Shown here: positions 28,023 to 37,869 of the stretch, piece by piece
How positions within the stretch are numbered: the first letter of the stretch is position 1
How the letters are laid out: every line of letters begins with the position of its first letter
DNA from: a virus
Length of the DNA stretch: 64,000 nucleotides
Direction: 5' to 3' (one strand)
Virus record (IMG/VR): IMGVR_UViG_3300009104_000017
Location: 3,308 to 67,307 of that record
The notes under the pieces: generated by a model
Database searches by the model: none
The model's input: only the letters and a program-made list of their open reading frames with translations
Told to the model about the DNA's origin: nothing
Position numbers and translations under genes: made by a program

Positions 28023-29515
28023 TGGAAATACACGATATAGTAAGATATTTACATAATGTAAGAAAGCAAGATGGAAGTGCTAACCCTATCATCGGAGAAG
28101 ATGAATTAGGAGTAGTAGCCACTCTATCTTACTTACTTGAAGATAACAACTTTGTTATAAAAGCATATAGTGGAACAGGTAAGACTGTGATAATGGATGC
28201 AGTATTTGGGCTTTTGCCTGAAGAATACTACCATACCATTGAACACTTATCTGAAACTGCGGTTTGGTATGAGATGGATAAAATCAATCGTGCCAGATTT
28301 ATTGCTATTCCCGAAGCACAGAAGTTACCTGAAGGGGTAATGGAAGTAATTAAGACTTGGGGAGACCAAAGACCTGCCATGAGGAAAAGAACTGATGTGA
28401 CTGTGCAGGATGTTATAGAACAGAAACTCCATCCCAAATACACTTTTATGTGTGTTGCGGTTGAAAACAACAAAGGTTCATCATACTTTGATGCTGAGTT
28501 GGAGAGACGTTGTATGATAGGTCACACAAACCCTACATCTAAGCAAACTGAAGATGTGATAAGGCATAAGTTATTAGATTCTGCTGTGCCAAAATCAGAA
28601 CTAACGACGATGTCCAGTGAAGAGATAGAAGCATTAAAAAAGCATATAGTGGATGCTATAGGTAGAAGAGACGATGAGAATGCTATACTTATCAGAAATC
28701 CATGTGCACCTTTTATCTCTGAGGCCATCCCATCTTTATTTCCTGTTGCTAGAAGTAAGGTGCAATATTTATTGAAAGTTATTAATGCTGTAGGCCGATT
28801 TTATCCAGATGAGATTCTGAAAGTCGAGAAGGATGGTGTTACCTACGGTTTATTAACCCCAAAGCACACTTGGTTAGGACTACGCATCTACCTGAACTCT
28901 TTTGTGAATGAGTGCTTGCATATGCCATCACACGGAACTGACTTACTTAAGTTATTCCCCGATACTCGTATCGATAAATTTGGTCTTGCAGGTAGCGAAA
29001 TTGTCAAAATGACGAGTCGTGAGATTCGGTCTGCCGCCAAGCGTGCAGGGCTACCATTTACTAAGTTAGAACCAGTATTACAAGGTTTACTTATGACTGG
29101 TTTCTTAGAAGAAAAAGAAGAAGATGGTAAAAGATATTATTATAAAAGTCCCCTGTTATCTACTCCTGAAAGTAAGATAAAGTGGGATGAATTAATTACG
29201 TCTACTAAAGACTTTACTAGAGAACATTGGCCTGAAGTGGCTGAAGAGTATATAGAAAGGTATTGTGAAGACGTAAAAGCACAAGACCCATTTACTGGAG
29301 AAGAAGTATTTATTGCTGCTGACGCATCTGATGCAGGTAGTATAGAAGTAGTGGCTGGTGAATTTCCTGATTTCTTTAGATGTAAAGAAGATTGGGAATG
29401 GGTTAAAGATAATGAATGGGATGAAGTCTCATTCTTATTAAATGTTAAAGGTGATTATGGGAAAGAAGAAATCGAAACAATCAAAAGCTGGAAGTTCGGA
29501 GAAAAGAGCAGGTAA
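28022..29515 (+). CDS. AAA+ ATPase, probable replicative helicase (divergent MCM-like)
   Basis: YSGTGKT Walker A, ELERR arginine finger, C-terminal winged-helix-like region. Confidence 0.65.
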   Translation: MEIHDIVRYLHNVRKQDGSANPIIGEDELGVVATLSYLLEDNNFVIKAYSGTGKTVIMDAVFGLLPEEYYHTIEHLSETAVWYEMDKINRARFIAIPEAQKLPEGVMEVIKTWGDQRPAMRKRTDVTVQDVIEQKLHPKYTFMCVAVENNKGSSYFDAELERRCMIGHTNPTSKQTEDVIRHKLLDSAVPKSELTTMSSEEIEALKKHIVDAIGRRDDENAILIRNPCAPFISEAIPSLFPVARSKVQYLLKVINAVGRFYPDEILKVEKDGVTYGLLTPKHTWLGLRIYLNSFVNECLHMPSHGTDLLKLFPDTRIDKFGLAGSEIVKMTSREIRSAAKRAGLPFTKLEPVLQGLLMTGFLEEKEEDGKRYYYKSPLLSTPESKIKWDELITSTKDFTREHWPEVAEEYIERYCEDVKAQDPFTGEEVFIAADASDAGSIEVVAGEFPDFFRCKEDWEWVKDNEWDEVSFLLNVKGDYGKEEIETIKSWKFGEKSR

Positions 29516-29786
29516 ATTACCAAGAGGTGACCAACAATATGCTATTATCAGAGAAATGTCTGGAGGTAGTCGTATGGTAGCTCTTTGTGAAGATGGAAAT
29601 AACAGAATGATTAGGATTCCCGGAAAGCTTAAAAGGAGAATGTGGTGTAGACTTAATGATATAATACTAATAAAGCCTTGGCCTGTACAAGGAGATAGAA
29701 AGGCTGATTTAGTATATCGTTATTTACCAGCAGAAAGAAACTGGTTATACCGTAGGAATATGGTGCCAGAGGATTTAGTGATATAA
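29457..29786 (+). CDS. eif1a: translation initiation factor aIF-1A/eIF-1A
   Basis: GGSRMVALCEDGNNRMIRIPGKLKRRMWCRLNDIILIKPW...KADLVYRY. Confidence 0.93.
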   Translation: MGKKKSKQSKAGSSEKRAGKLPRGDQQYAIIREMSGGSRMVALCEDGNNRMIRIPGKLKRRMWCRLNDIILIKPWPVQGDRKADLVYRYLPAERNWLYRRNMVPEDLVI

Positions 29787-30097
29787 TGGATTTTGAAACA
29801 TATAAAATTTGGACAAGAGAAACAGCAGTTTATCCGAAGGATAAAGAAGAAGAATACCTAATGATAGGTTTAGCCAACGAAGTTGGAGAAGTATTAGGTA
29901 AGTATAAGAAACAAGTTCGCGGAGATGGAGATAAATATAAAGAGATTCGTGGAGAACTTGGTGATGTAATGTGGTATATAGCAAGGTTATTTGATATGTA
30001 TGATATGACTTTAATAGAAGTATTACATGAAAATTATATTAAACTAACTGACCGTAAGGAAAGGGGAGTTTTGAAAGGTGACGGGGATAATAGATAA
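29786..30097 (+). CDS. mazG: MazG-like nucleotide pyrophosphohydrolase
   Basis: GLANEVGEV, ELGDVMWY, KLTDRKERGVLKGDGDNR. Confidence 0.9.
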   Translation: MDFETYKIWTRETAVYPKDKEEEYLMIGLANEVGEVLGKYKKQVRGDGDKYKEIRGELGDVMWYIARLFDMYDMTLIEVLHENYIKLTDRKERGVLKGDGDNR

Positions 30098-30359
30098 TCA
30101 TCCAGAAGAATCTGCTCGCAAACAATGGTGTGAATTATTACACACAGCATGGATGTATCATCAGCAAATGGTAAAAGATACTGCAAGTCCTATTATAGGT
30201 GCAGAAGTTAATGATGAACAAGTATTTCATATGGGTATATCTGTTGCAATCCAAGATGCCATAGCACTAATCCAGCAAATGGAAGCATATGGTTACTTTG
30301 ATAAAGAGGAAGATAACGACGAAGTATTACCTCAACATAAAAGAGGTCCAGCAGGATGA
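30078..30359 (+). CDS. hypothetical protein
   Basis: ORF on coding strand. Confidence 0.5.
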   Translation: MTGIIDNHPEESARKQWCELLHTAWMYHQQMVKDTASPIIGAEVNDEQVFHMGISVAIQDAIALIQQMEAYGYFDKEEDNDEVLPQHKRGPAG

Positions 30360-30468
30360 TAGATTGGTTAAGTGATTATAACAGCCCCAATCACCTTGAT
30401 ATAATATTCTTTGGTATAGTATGGACATTTTTAGTAATAGAATATTACTTATGGAGAGTGAATTTTAG

Positions 30469-31812
30469 ATGAAAAAACCCGGATATCCTATGATAGATGC
30501 TATATATGTTATTTATCATAGAGAAGATGTTAGATTAAGGATAGAGAAAGGTCTTAGTGAATTAGATAACGACGTTCCTATTAAATATATAAAGGGTCCT
30601 AATGGTAATGACCCTCATTTTTCTAAATGGTTATTAGATAATGATTATAGACCTATGCCTAATTGGAAAATAGGTTTAGACCCTAATCCAGAAGGATATG
30701 CATTCAGAGATTGGCATAAGAGAGACCACAAGTATGGTGAGATTGCTTGTGCTATAGGACATTTATCTGCTTGGAAACAAGCAAAAGAAGATGGTGCGAA
30801 GTGGCCTTTGTTTTTAGAACAAGATGCTATACCTAATACGATATATACATGGAAAGAAGCATATGCAAAGACAGAATATTATCTAACTCAGTTAAATAAT
30901 AGGTCTATGGACTGGGATATTTTCTATGCTGGACAGGCAGATGCCTGTGAAAGTGACCCTATAGTAAATCCACATTTTAAAATTCAAAAAACTAATTGGA
31001 CATACTGTTTACATGCTTATGTTTTAACCCCTAAAACATTAAGTGAGATACTAAGTCATGATTTTGAGCATCATTTATGTGTGCCTGATGACTATATTCC
31101 AGCCTTCTACTCAGAAGGACATCACGCTATACATCCTAACTTAAGACATCTCGGAGGGAGACTTCGAGCTTATAATATGGAAGTTATGCCCTTTATACAA
31201 GAGCAGGGAACTGAGATAGGCTCTCATAAATTACATAGTGATACAGAGAATAGTCCTTATATAAGTGATAGTTTTTTCATAGAGATAGGAACTTCTGACT
31301 TTGATACATTAGAGCCATTGGCTCAACAAGGCTGGAAGGGGATATTTGTAGAGCCTATTGGAGAACTATTAAACAAATTAGAACGATTTGATGGTTGTTT
31401 CTATGAAGAATCTGCTATATTACACTATAATGGAAAAACTGATATTCAATATTATGACCTAGATTGGGCAGATGACTGGAAAAGAGGTGTAGGTAATACA
31501 TCTGATGTTAATAATTTTAATGCTAATCCACAGTTTAAAGAACACGTTAAGAAAGCTAGAGTAAATGTAATGACTCTTGATGCTCTAATTGATAAGTATG
31601 ACGTTAAACATATAGACTATCTTAAGATAGACATAGAAGGATTAGAGTATAAGATATTAGAGAGTTATTCATGGCGTATATTACCTAAGAAGATAAAATG
31701 CGAACACATACACTGGAATGATAGACCTATGTTGAGAGACCCATATAAAATGTTAGAAGAAAAGGGATATAAGATTACAATGTTACCGGAGGATTTTATA
31801 GCTGAACTATGA
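30469..31812 (+). CDS. GT25 (COLGALT-like) glycosyltransferase fused to FkbM-family methyltransferase
   Basis: GEIACAIGHLSAW, LEQDA, WDIFYAG, YCLHAYVL, PDDY; then IEIG, FVEP, LKIDIEG. Confidence 0.85.
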   Translation: MKKPGYPMIDAIYVIYHREDVRLRIEKGLSELDNDVPIKYIKGPNGNDPHFSKWLLDNDYRPMPNWKIGLDPNPEGYAFRDWHKRDHKYGEIACAIGHLSAWKQAKEDGAKWPLFLEQDAIPNTIYTWKEAYAKTEYYLTQLNNRSMDWDIFYAGQADACESDPIVNPHFKIQKTNWTYCLHAYVLTPKTLSEILSHDFEHHLCVPDDYIPAFYSEGHHAIHPNLRHLGGRLRAYNMEVMPFIQEQGTEIGSHKLHSDTENSPYISDSFFIEIGTSDFDTLEPLAQQGWKGIFVEPIGELLNKLERFDGCFYEESAILHYNGKTDIQYYDLDWADDWKRGVGNTSDVNNFNANPQFKEHVKKARVNVMTLDALIDKYDVKHIDYLKIDIEGLEYKILESYSWRILPKKIKCEHIHWNDRPMLRDPYKMLEEKGYKITMLPEDFIAEL

Positions 31813-32060
31813 AACCTCCCTATTATAAAGTGTTGTGGCACAAGTGTAACAGGTGTTTCACACACTATACAAGTGAAGAACCACACTTAAGAGCATACTT
31901 ATGTGACGAATGTTGGAACGCTATTCCACATTTTAAAGTAGAAACTCCGAAGGTAGTAAAGAAGAAGAAAAGCGACATAGATTGGGCAACGATAGCTTTA
32001 TATACCCTAGGCAACATATGTTGTTTGATAGTAATAGGATATTATTTATGGATAAAATGA
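31809..32060 (+). CDS. Zn-ribbon membrane microprotein
   Basis: CxxC...CxxC plus C-terminal TM. Confidence 0.55.
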   Translation: MKPPYYKVLWHKCNRCFTHYTSEEPHLRAYLCDECWNAIPHFKVETPKVVKKKKSDIDWATIALYTLGNICCLIVIGYYLWIK

Positions 32061-32142
32061 AAACAAGATGGTGGATATGCAATTGTGTGCATGGACATCA
32101 TAACTGCAAATGCGACGGAAAGACTGGAAAAAAGGTGCGTGA

Positions 32143-34362
32143 ATGAAAGTACCTCTAATAGGAATAAGCAGTCCTTACACTAAAAACATGGAGACCGGTG
32201 AACTCCAAACTATCATGTGGCGTAACGGGGTTAAGGAAGTGTATGGTAATCCATACGAGCCTTACGTATACGTTCAGGATAGCGAAACAGGGCATCAATA
32301 CAGCTTAACAGGGCAATCAGGCTCAATTTTGCTGCGTAAAGAGCCCTATAGAGCCGGAGAAGAGCTTCCATCGAGCCTAATATTAGATGGAGGCCGAGAA
32401 AATATAATGGATAGGCTCGTAATAGAGCATCCAGATTACTTTTATGGATTTCCAAATGACCAACCATTGAAAACTCTCTGTTTTGATATAGAGACACATT
32501 CACCTGACGGGTCGTTCCCCTTCGGGGAGAACTACCCCGTCGTGGCAATCGGGATTGTCACGTCAACCGGTGAAAGAGAAGTCTATCTGTGGGATGGAGA
32601 AAATGATAAGCAGGTTTTAATCGATTTTGCCTCGTTTATCAATAAGTATGACCCAGATGTAATCTATGGATATAACTTAGTAGGATATGATATACCTCAA
32701 ATTTTATTTAGAGCATCATATCACGGTATGACCAACTACAAAAAGTTATTGAATAGAGATGGGTCAGACTACGGTTGGCAACCTTCTAAGGACAGTGATG
32801 ACCTTAGAATGAAAGCAGGAGGTAGAGTAATTGTTGATGTATTAAGACATACTCGTCTAGACTACGCATTATCAGGACTCCCTCGTGGACTTAAGCCAGT
32901 CAGTAGACACTTCGGTTTAGAACCAATTGAATTGGACTTTGCTGAGAAGGACTTACTTGACTATAGCTTATCTGAAATACACGACTACGTTCTGTCTGAT
33001 GTAGACTGTACGAAGTTTTTGTTCGACAATTACTTCCCACGTCTTGAATTCACAGCGGAATTCATAGGGGTGCCACTAGAGACATATGTCAACGCCCCTA
33101 GTAGCTATGTTACTAAAATATTACAAGGTAGAGCACTCTTCGAACAGAAGATAGTAACACCTGATATAAATAGAGATAGACACCCTGACATATATAAAGG
33201 ACCGAAGGGTAATTTTCAAGCCGCTTATATTGATTTGTTTGAACCCGGCTTTCATAAAAAGAATATTAAAGTAGATTTTTCTTCTTTTTATCCTTCTATA
33301 GCTATGGCACTAAATTTAGGACCAGATACTACAAGAATAGTAGGTTATGACGAATATAGTGATAAATTAGAGGTTAAAGATAGAAAGCTTTATATACCTG
33401 ATGATAAGATAGGTAAAAGGGTTATAATAGAAATAGACCAAGATAGACGTAGTTGTTTATACTCTATGTGTAAGAAATTTACAGAACTAAGAAAACCTTA
33501 TAAGGAAATGGGAACGCTTGAAGGGGATAGTAAGAGTAATGCATTAAAGATTATGGTGAATACATTCTATGGAGCTAATACAAACCCTTACCTCAACTAC
33601 GGTGATATGTCTGTTGGTATTACAATTACTGCGGTTGCTAGGTTTTTACTTACTACCGGCATACAGCTCATACGAAAGAAATACGGTGATAAGAGCGTGG
33701 TTTATGTTCACACTGATGGTATCAATACTAATTGTGATATTGACGTGGAATGGTTAACAAAAAGATTAAGATTAATACTCGAAGCTACAATACCAAATGT
33801 AGAATCGAAATGGATAGGATTGGATAAAGATGTCTTTAAGGAAGGTCTGTGGATACAAATTGGTAATTATGTACTTCGTAATGAGGACAATAGTATTACC
33901 AAGCATGGTTCAACTTTTAAGGCTTCTACCAGAAGTAAATTTTATAAGTCAACTATTGATAAATTAATTGATGCTAGATTAGATAATAGAGTAACTCAAA
34001 CGTTTATTGATGATTTATATGACTTTGATAATTTACCTATAGAAGACCTTTTACAGAGAAGAACCCTGAATAGAAAGTTCGAGGATTATAAATCAGAAAC
34101 TGATATGATGATACCTCTAGTAAAACAAGGTATAGAAGTAGGAATACAACCTGAAATAAGAACTACATATAACTACTATAAAACTAAAGAAGGATATAAG
34201 ATTGAACAATTAGTGAAATCTAAAACTGATTTGGATGTTAGTTATTATTGGAATATAGTTTCTAGACTTTTAGATAAGTTTGGTTTGAAGCATATGATAA
34301 AGAAGAATCCCCCACTTACTATAATTGATAGGAAACAGAAATCATTGATGGAGTGGGTATGA
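32143..34362 (+). CDS. polB: family B DNA polymerase
   Basis: Exo FDIET, YNLVGYD; pol DFSSFYPS, KIMVNTFYG, YVHTDG. Confidence 0.95.
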   Translation: MKVPLIGISSPYTKNMETGELQTIMWRNGVKEVYGNPYEPYVYVQDSETGHQYSLTGQSGSILLRKEPYRAGEELPSSLILDGGRENIMDRLVIEHPDYFYGFPNDQPLKTLCFDIETHSPDGSFPFGENYPVVAIGIVTSTGEREVYLWDGENDKQVLIDFASFINKYDPDVIYGYNLVGYDIPQILFRASYHGMTNYKKLLNRDGSDYGWQPSKDSDDLRMKAGGRVIVDVLRHTRLDYALSGLPRGLKPVSRHFGLEPIELDFAEKDLLDYSLSEIHDYVLSDVDCTKFLFDNYFPRLEFTAEFIGVPLETYVNAPSSYVTKILQGRALFEQKIVTPDINRDRHPDIYKGPKGNFQAAYIDLFEPGFHKKNIKVDFSSFYPSIAMALNLGPDTTRIVGYDEYSDKLEVKDRKLYIPDDKIGKRVIIEIDQDRRSCLYSMCKKFTELRKPYKEMGTLEGDSKSNALKIMVNTFYGANTNPYLNYGDMSVGITITAVARFLLTTGIQLIRKKYGDKSVVYVHTDGINTNCDIDVEWLTKRLRLILEATIPNVESKWIGLDKDVFKEGLWIQIGNYVLRNEDNSITKHGSTFKASTRSKFYKSTIDKLIDARLDNRVTQTFIDDLYDFDNLPIEDLLQRRTLNRKFEDYKSETDMMIPLVKQGIEVGIQPEIRTTYNYYKTKEGYKIEQLVKSKTDLDVSYYWNIVSRLLDKFGLKHMIKKNPPLTIIDRKQKSLMEWV

Positions 34363-34730
34363 ATAAGATACACTGTAAACAATGTAAAACTTATTTAACT
34401 GCTGATAATTTTTGGAAAGACAAATCACACTCAAACGGATTAGAAAATAGATGTAAAGGTTGTAATCAGGATAGAATGAGACGTAGAAGATATGCTAAGA
34501 AAATGAAAATAATAGAATATCTAGGTGGTGAATGTGTAAAATGTGGAGCCACATTAGAAGATATACATTATTCTGCTTTTGACTGTAATCATAAAGACCC
34601 ATCACAGAAAAGTTTTACTATTAGTAGTGCAGGTTTTGATTTTGATAAAATAAAGAATGAATTAGACAAGTGTGAACTAGTATGTTCTAACTGTCATAGG
34701 AAAATAACATATGAGAACTTTCGTAATTAA
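34359..34730 (+). CDS. HNH endonuclease
   Basis: Zn finger then CVKCG...FDCNH...KCELVCSNCHR. Confidence 0.8.
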   Translation: MNKIHCKQCKTYLTADNFWKDKSHSNGLENRCKGCNQDRMRRRRYAKKMKIIEYLGGECVKCGATLEDIHYSAFDCNHKDPSQKSFTISSAGFDFDKIKNELDKCELVCSNCHRKITYENFRN

Positions 34731-35538
34731 TATACCTACAAGAGATGACAGACGCCAAATGATGGACATACAACTGCGAGAAACTGGTTTTGAAATACCT
34801 GAAGAAGGTAAAAAGAATGAAGAAGGATTTGAAGCTCCTGATTTGCGGGTAGAGTGGACTACGCACATGAAGTATAATATACTTGGTAGTGATATAACTG
34901 ATGAGTGGTTAGAAGAAAATGGTTTTGGATTATTTAATTGGCGTATTGAACCAGAGGTGGCTGCATTACTAGACGATGATGTGGATGATTGTTGGTGGTC
35001 TAGAGATTTAACAAAGGGAGAAATAGGATGTGCTCTAAGTCATTGGGGTATATGGAAAGAGTGTGAAAACTACGATAAACCTATAATGATATTGGAAGAT
35101 GATGCTAAATTTGATAGTAATATGGAACTTAAAAGAGATATAGCTATTGATACTTTAGAATTGATGGGTAAAGATTGGGATATACTATACTTAGGAAGAT
35201 TTCCTGTAAAACCACATCTGGAAGAAAGATTAACTGAGACTATAGTTATGCCTAAATTTTCTTATTGCACATATGCATATTGTTTGTCTCCGAAAGGTAT
35301 AAAAAGATTGCTGGCTTATAACCTTGAAAAGAGTATAATACCTGTTGATGAATTTATGTCTTCAACATATATCGTACATCCCCGAATGGACGTAAGTCTT
35401 AAATACCCCCCTTCATTAGTAGTTTATGCTATGGACCCCGTTATTGTTGAACAAAGACCTAAACATGAAGTTGGAAGTGATACTGGATTACCACCAGAAT
35501 TTAGACCAGTGTGGGACCCAAATGGATGGAAAAAATGA
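34711..35538 (+). CDS. GT25 glycosyltransferase similar to procollagen galactosyltransferase C-terminal domain
   Basis: RDLTKGEIGCALSHWGIWKE, ILEDD, WDILYLGR, SYCTYAYCLS..G...LL, PVDEF. Confidence 0.88.
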   Translation: MRTFVINIPTRDDRRQMMDIQLRETGFEIPEEGKKNEEGFEAPDLRVEWTTHMKYNILGSDITDEWLEENGFGLFNWRIEPEVAALLDDDVDDCWWSRDLTKGEIGCALSHWGIWKECENYDKPIMILEDDAKFDSNMELKRDIAIDTLELMGKDWDILYLGRFPVKPHLEERLTETIVMPKFSYCTYAYCLSPKGIKRLLAYNLEKSIIPVDEFMSSTYIVHPRMDVSLKYPPSLVVYAMDPVIVEQRPKHEVGSDTGLPPEFRPVWDPNGWKK

Positions 35539-36146
35539 TAGAAAAATTATATGCGTATAAGATAGACCCTAAAGGTTGGGCTAAGAAGATGATTGCACTA
35601 GGAACTAGAGATAATCAGTGGGATTTAGTAGTAGAGAACATTGGACCAGAAATATATAGCTTTCCTTTATTTACTAAAGAAGCGTGTGATATGATTATTC
35701 AACATGCTGAGAATACAGGTAAATGGACTAAAGCTAGACATGAATTTTATCCTACTACTGATATACTTTTAGAAGATATAGGTTTAAAAGAGATGTATGA
35801 TTATGTATTACATAATTATGCTCATCCTGTAGCTAGAAGATTATGGAAATTAGAAGGTACTAAATGGAATAAGGAATTAACTTCTGAAGATTTTATAGCC
35901 AGATATAAGGCTGAAGAACAAGCAGCATTAGACATACACCATGACCATGCTGATTATACCTTTACATTAGGTCTTAATACTGAATATGAAGGAGGGGGTA
36001 CATGGTTCCCTCGTCAACAAGTATTAGCTAATCCTAAATCAGGATATGTTTCTTTATTCCCAAGTGTTACACATAGACATGGTGGAAGACCTACTACTAA
36101 AGGAACAAGATACATAATAGTATCTTTTGTAAAGAAAGGAGTATAA
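35535..36146 (+). CDS. procollagen-lysine 5-dioxygenase-like (PLOD lysyl hydroxylase domain)
   Basis: IYSFPLFT..ACD, PTTDI, FIARYKAEEQAALDIHHD, YEGGG, THRHGGRPTTKGTRYIIVSFV. Confidence 0.85.
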   Translation: MIEKLYAYKIDPKGWAKKMIALGTRDNQWDLVVENIGPEIYSFPLFTKEACDMIIQHAENTGKWTKARHEFYPTTDILLEDIGLKEMYDYVLHNYAHPVARRLWKLEGTKWNKELTSEDFIARYKAEEQAALDIHHDHADYTFTLGLNTEYEGGGTWFPRQQVLANPKSGYVSLFPSVTHRHGGRPTTKGTRYIIVSFVKKGV

Positions 36147-36707
36147 ATGGAAAAATCAATAATTGTAATAGATGGTTTTTATAACGAACCAGAAAGAATA
36201 AGAAATGAAGCTCTTTCTATGGATTTTAATATAACAGGTAATTATCCCGGTAATAGAACTGTACCATTACCAGAAGGAGACGTAAGAGAATTTTTAGAAA
36301 GAATTATTGGTACAAAAATAGATGAGATGAGCTGGAATATAGGAGAATATACTGGAACTTATCAATTTGTGCCAGAAGGAAGTAATACATGGGTACATGC
36401 AGACAGACATACTGATTGGTCTTGTGTTGTATATTTACATCCAAACCCGAAAGAAAACTCAGGCACCTCCTTTTATAAACATAAAGAAACAGGTTCTGTA
36501 GAATGGGATGATGTCTTTGCAGGTGAAGTTGTAGAAAATGATGGAGATGACTGGGATAAATGGATAAGAACTGATACAGTATCTAATAGATTTAATAGAG
36601 CTGTTTTATTTAGAGGAAAAATGTGGCATGCAGCTGATGAATATTTTGGAACAACAAAAGAAGATGCAAGGTTATTTCAGACCTTCTTCTTCAATGAGGT
36701 GAAATAA
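36147..36707 (+). CDS. 2OG-Fe(II) oxygenase (DUF6445-like)
   Basis: WVHAD, VVYL.P, GTSFY, NRFNRAVLF...WH...RLFQTFFF. Confidence 0.8.
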   Translation: MEKSIIVIDGFYNEPERIRNEALSMDFNITGNYPGNRTVPLPEGDVREFLERIIGTKIDEMSWNIGEYTGTYQFVPEGSNTWVHADRHTDWSCVVYLHPNPKENSGTSFYKHKETGSVEWDDVFAGEVVENDGDDWDKWIRTDTVSNRFNRAVLFRGKMWHAADEYFGTTKEDARLFQTFFFNEVK

Positions 36708-37321
36708 TGGAAAGAAAAAATGTATATGTAGATATAAGAGATGAAGAAAATAGTGAAAGTACTATCAATATGGCAGACTATTACTTCTTTAGAAACGCTT
36801 TCAATGATGAAGAAATTGAACGTATAAAGAAAATAGCAATGAAATACCCTGCTCTAAATGCAGGAACAGGACAAGAATATAGTGCATCAGAAGATGATAG
36901 TGTTAGGAAGAGCACTATAAGATGGATGTATGATGAAGTGGGTGAATTAGATTGGGTTTATAAACGATTGTTTGAAATGGCTAATGAAGCTAATAATCAT
37001 TTATGGGATTTTAATTTATCTCATGCTGGAGAAGTATTGCAATATACTGAATACCCACCAGATGGAGGTCATTACGACTGGCATATAGATTGTGGACACC
37101 ATATGCAGGCCCAGAGGAAAATAAGTATTACAGTGCAATTAAATGATGACTATGATGGTGGCGAACTACAATTATGGCGTGGACAGAGTCCTGCAACTGC
37201 ACATAAAGAAAAGGGAACAGTTGTTATATTCCCTTCTTATATGTTACATAGAGTTGCGCCTGTAACAAAAGGTACTAGAAATTCACTTGTATTATGGATA
37301 GGAGGAGACCATTACCGATGA
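36707..37321 (+). CDS. 2OG-Fe(II) oxygenase, prolyl-4-hydroxylase/PKHD-like
   Basis: YDWHID, RKISITVQL, YDGGEL, FPSYMLHRVAPVTKGTRNSLV. Confidence 0.88.
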   Translation: MERKNVYVDIRDEENSESTINMADYYFFRNAFNDEEIERIKKIAMKYPALNAGTGQEYSASEDDSVRKSTIRWMYDEVGELDWVYKRLFEMANEANNHLWDFNLSHAGEVLQYTEYPPDGGHYDWHIDCGHHMQAQRKISITVQLNDDYDGGELQLWRGQSPATAHKEKGTVVIFPSYMLHRVAPVTKGTRNSLVLWIGGDHYR

Positions 37322-37869
37322 TAATAATAGATAATTTTTTAGAAGATGAAGTTATGCTTCAGAATATATCAAACAAAAACGGTGATTTCTGGAAAATAGG
37401 TTATCACTGGTGGAGTGGATGGTGGAATAATTCACCTAATACTTTAAGACAAAAATTAGTTGAGAAAATATGGACAGACCATAGAGTTCCTATATTGGAT
37501 GAAGTTATGGGTTTTGAACATTGGGTAGGTATTCTTAATAAAGAAAATACTATAGGTAATGAAAAGGGATATGCTTTAAACCACCATTTTGATAAAGATG
37601 AAGGAGGTGGTGACTTGAAACCTATGATTGGTACTGTATATTACCCTCCTATGGGAGAACCACAGTGTGAAGGTGGATATCTAAAGGTTTATGCTGGTAA
37701 CAGTCGTGATGCTCCTTATGAGCTTATAGCTCCTGTTCCTAATAGGTTAGTTGTATTTGATGCTACACAATTACATGCAGTAACAGAAATTCCAAAAGGT
37801 AATAGATATGCAATAGCTATTAACTTATGGAGTGAAAAACCAACTACAGAGATGGTGGAGGAAATATAA
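37318..37869 (+). CDS. 2OG-Fe(II) oxygenase, prolyl-hydroxylase-like
   Basis: HFDKDE, EGGYL, NRLVVFD...HAVT...RYAIAINLW. Confidence 0.82.
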   Translation: MIIIDNFLEDEVMLQNISNKNGDFWKIGYHWWSGWWNNSPNTLRQKLVEKIWTDHRVPILDEVMGFEHWVGILNKENTIGNEKGYALNHHFDKDEGGGDLKPMIGTVYYPPMGEPQCEGGYLKVYAGNSRDAPYELIAPVPNRLVVFDATQLHAVTEIPKGNRYAIAINLWSEKPTTEMVEEI

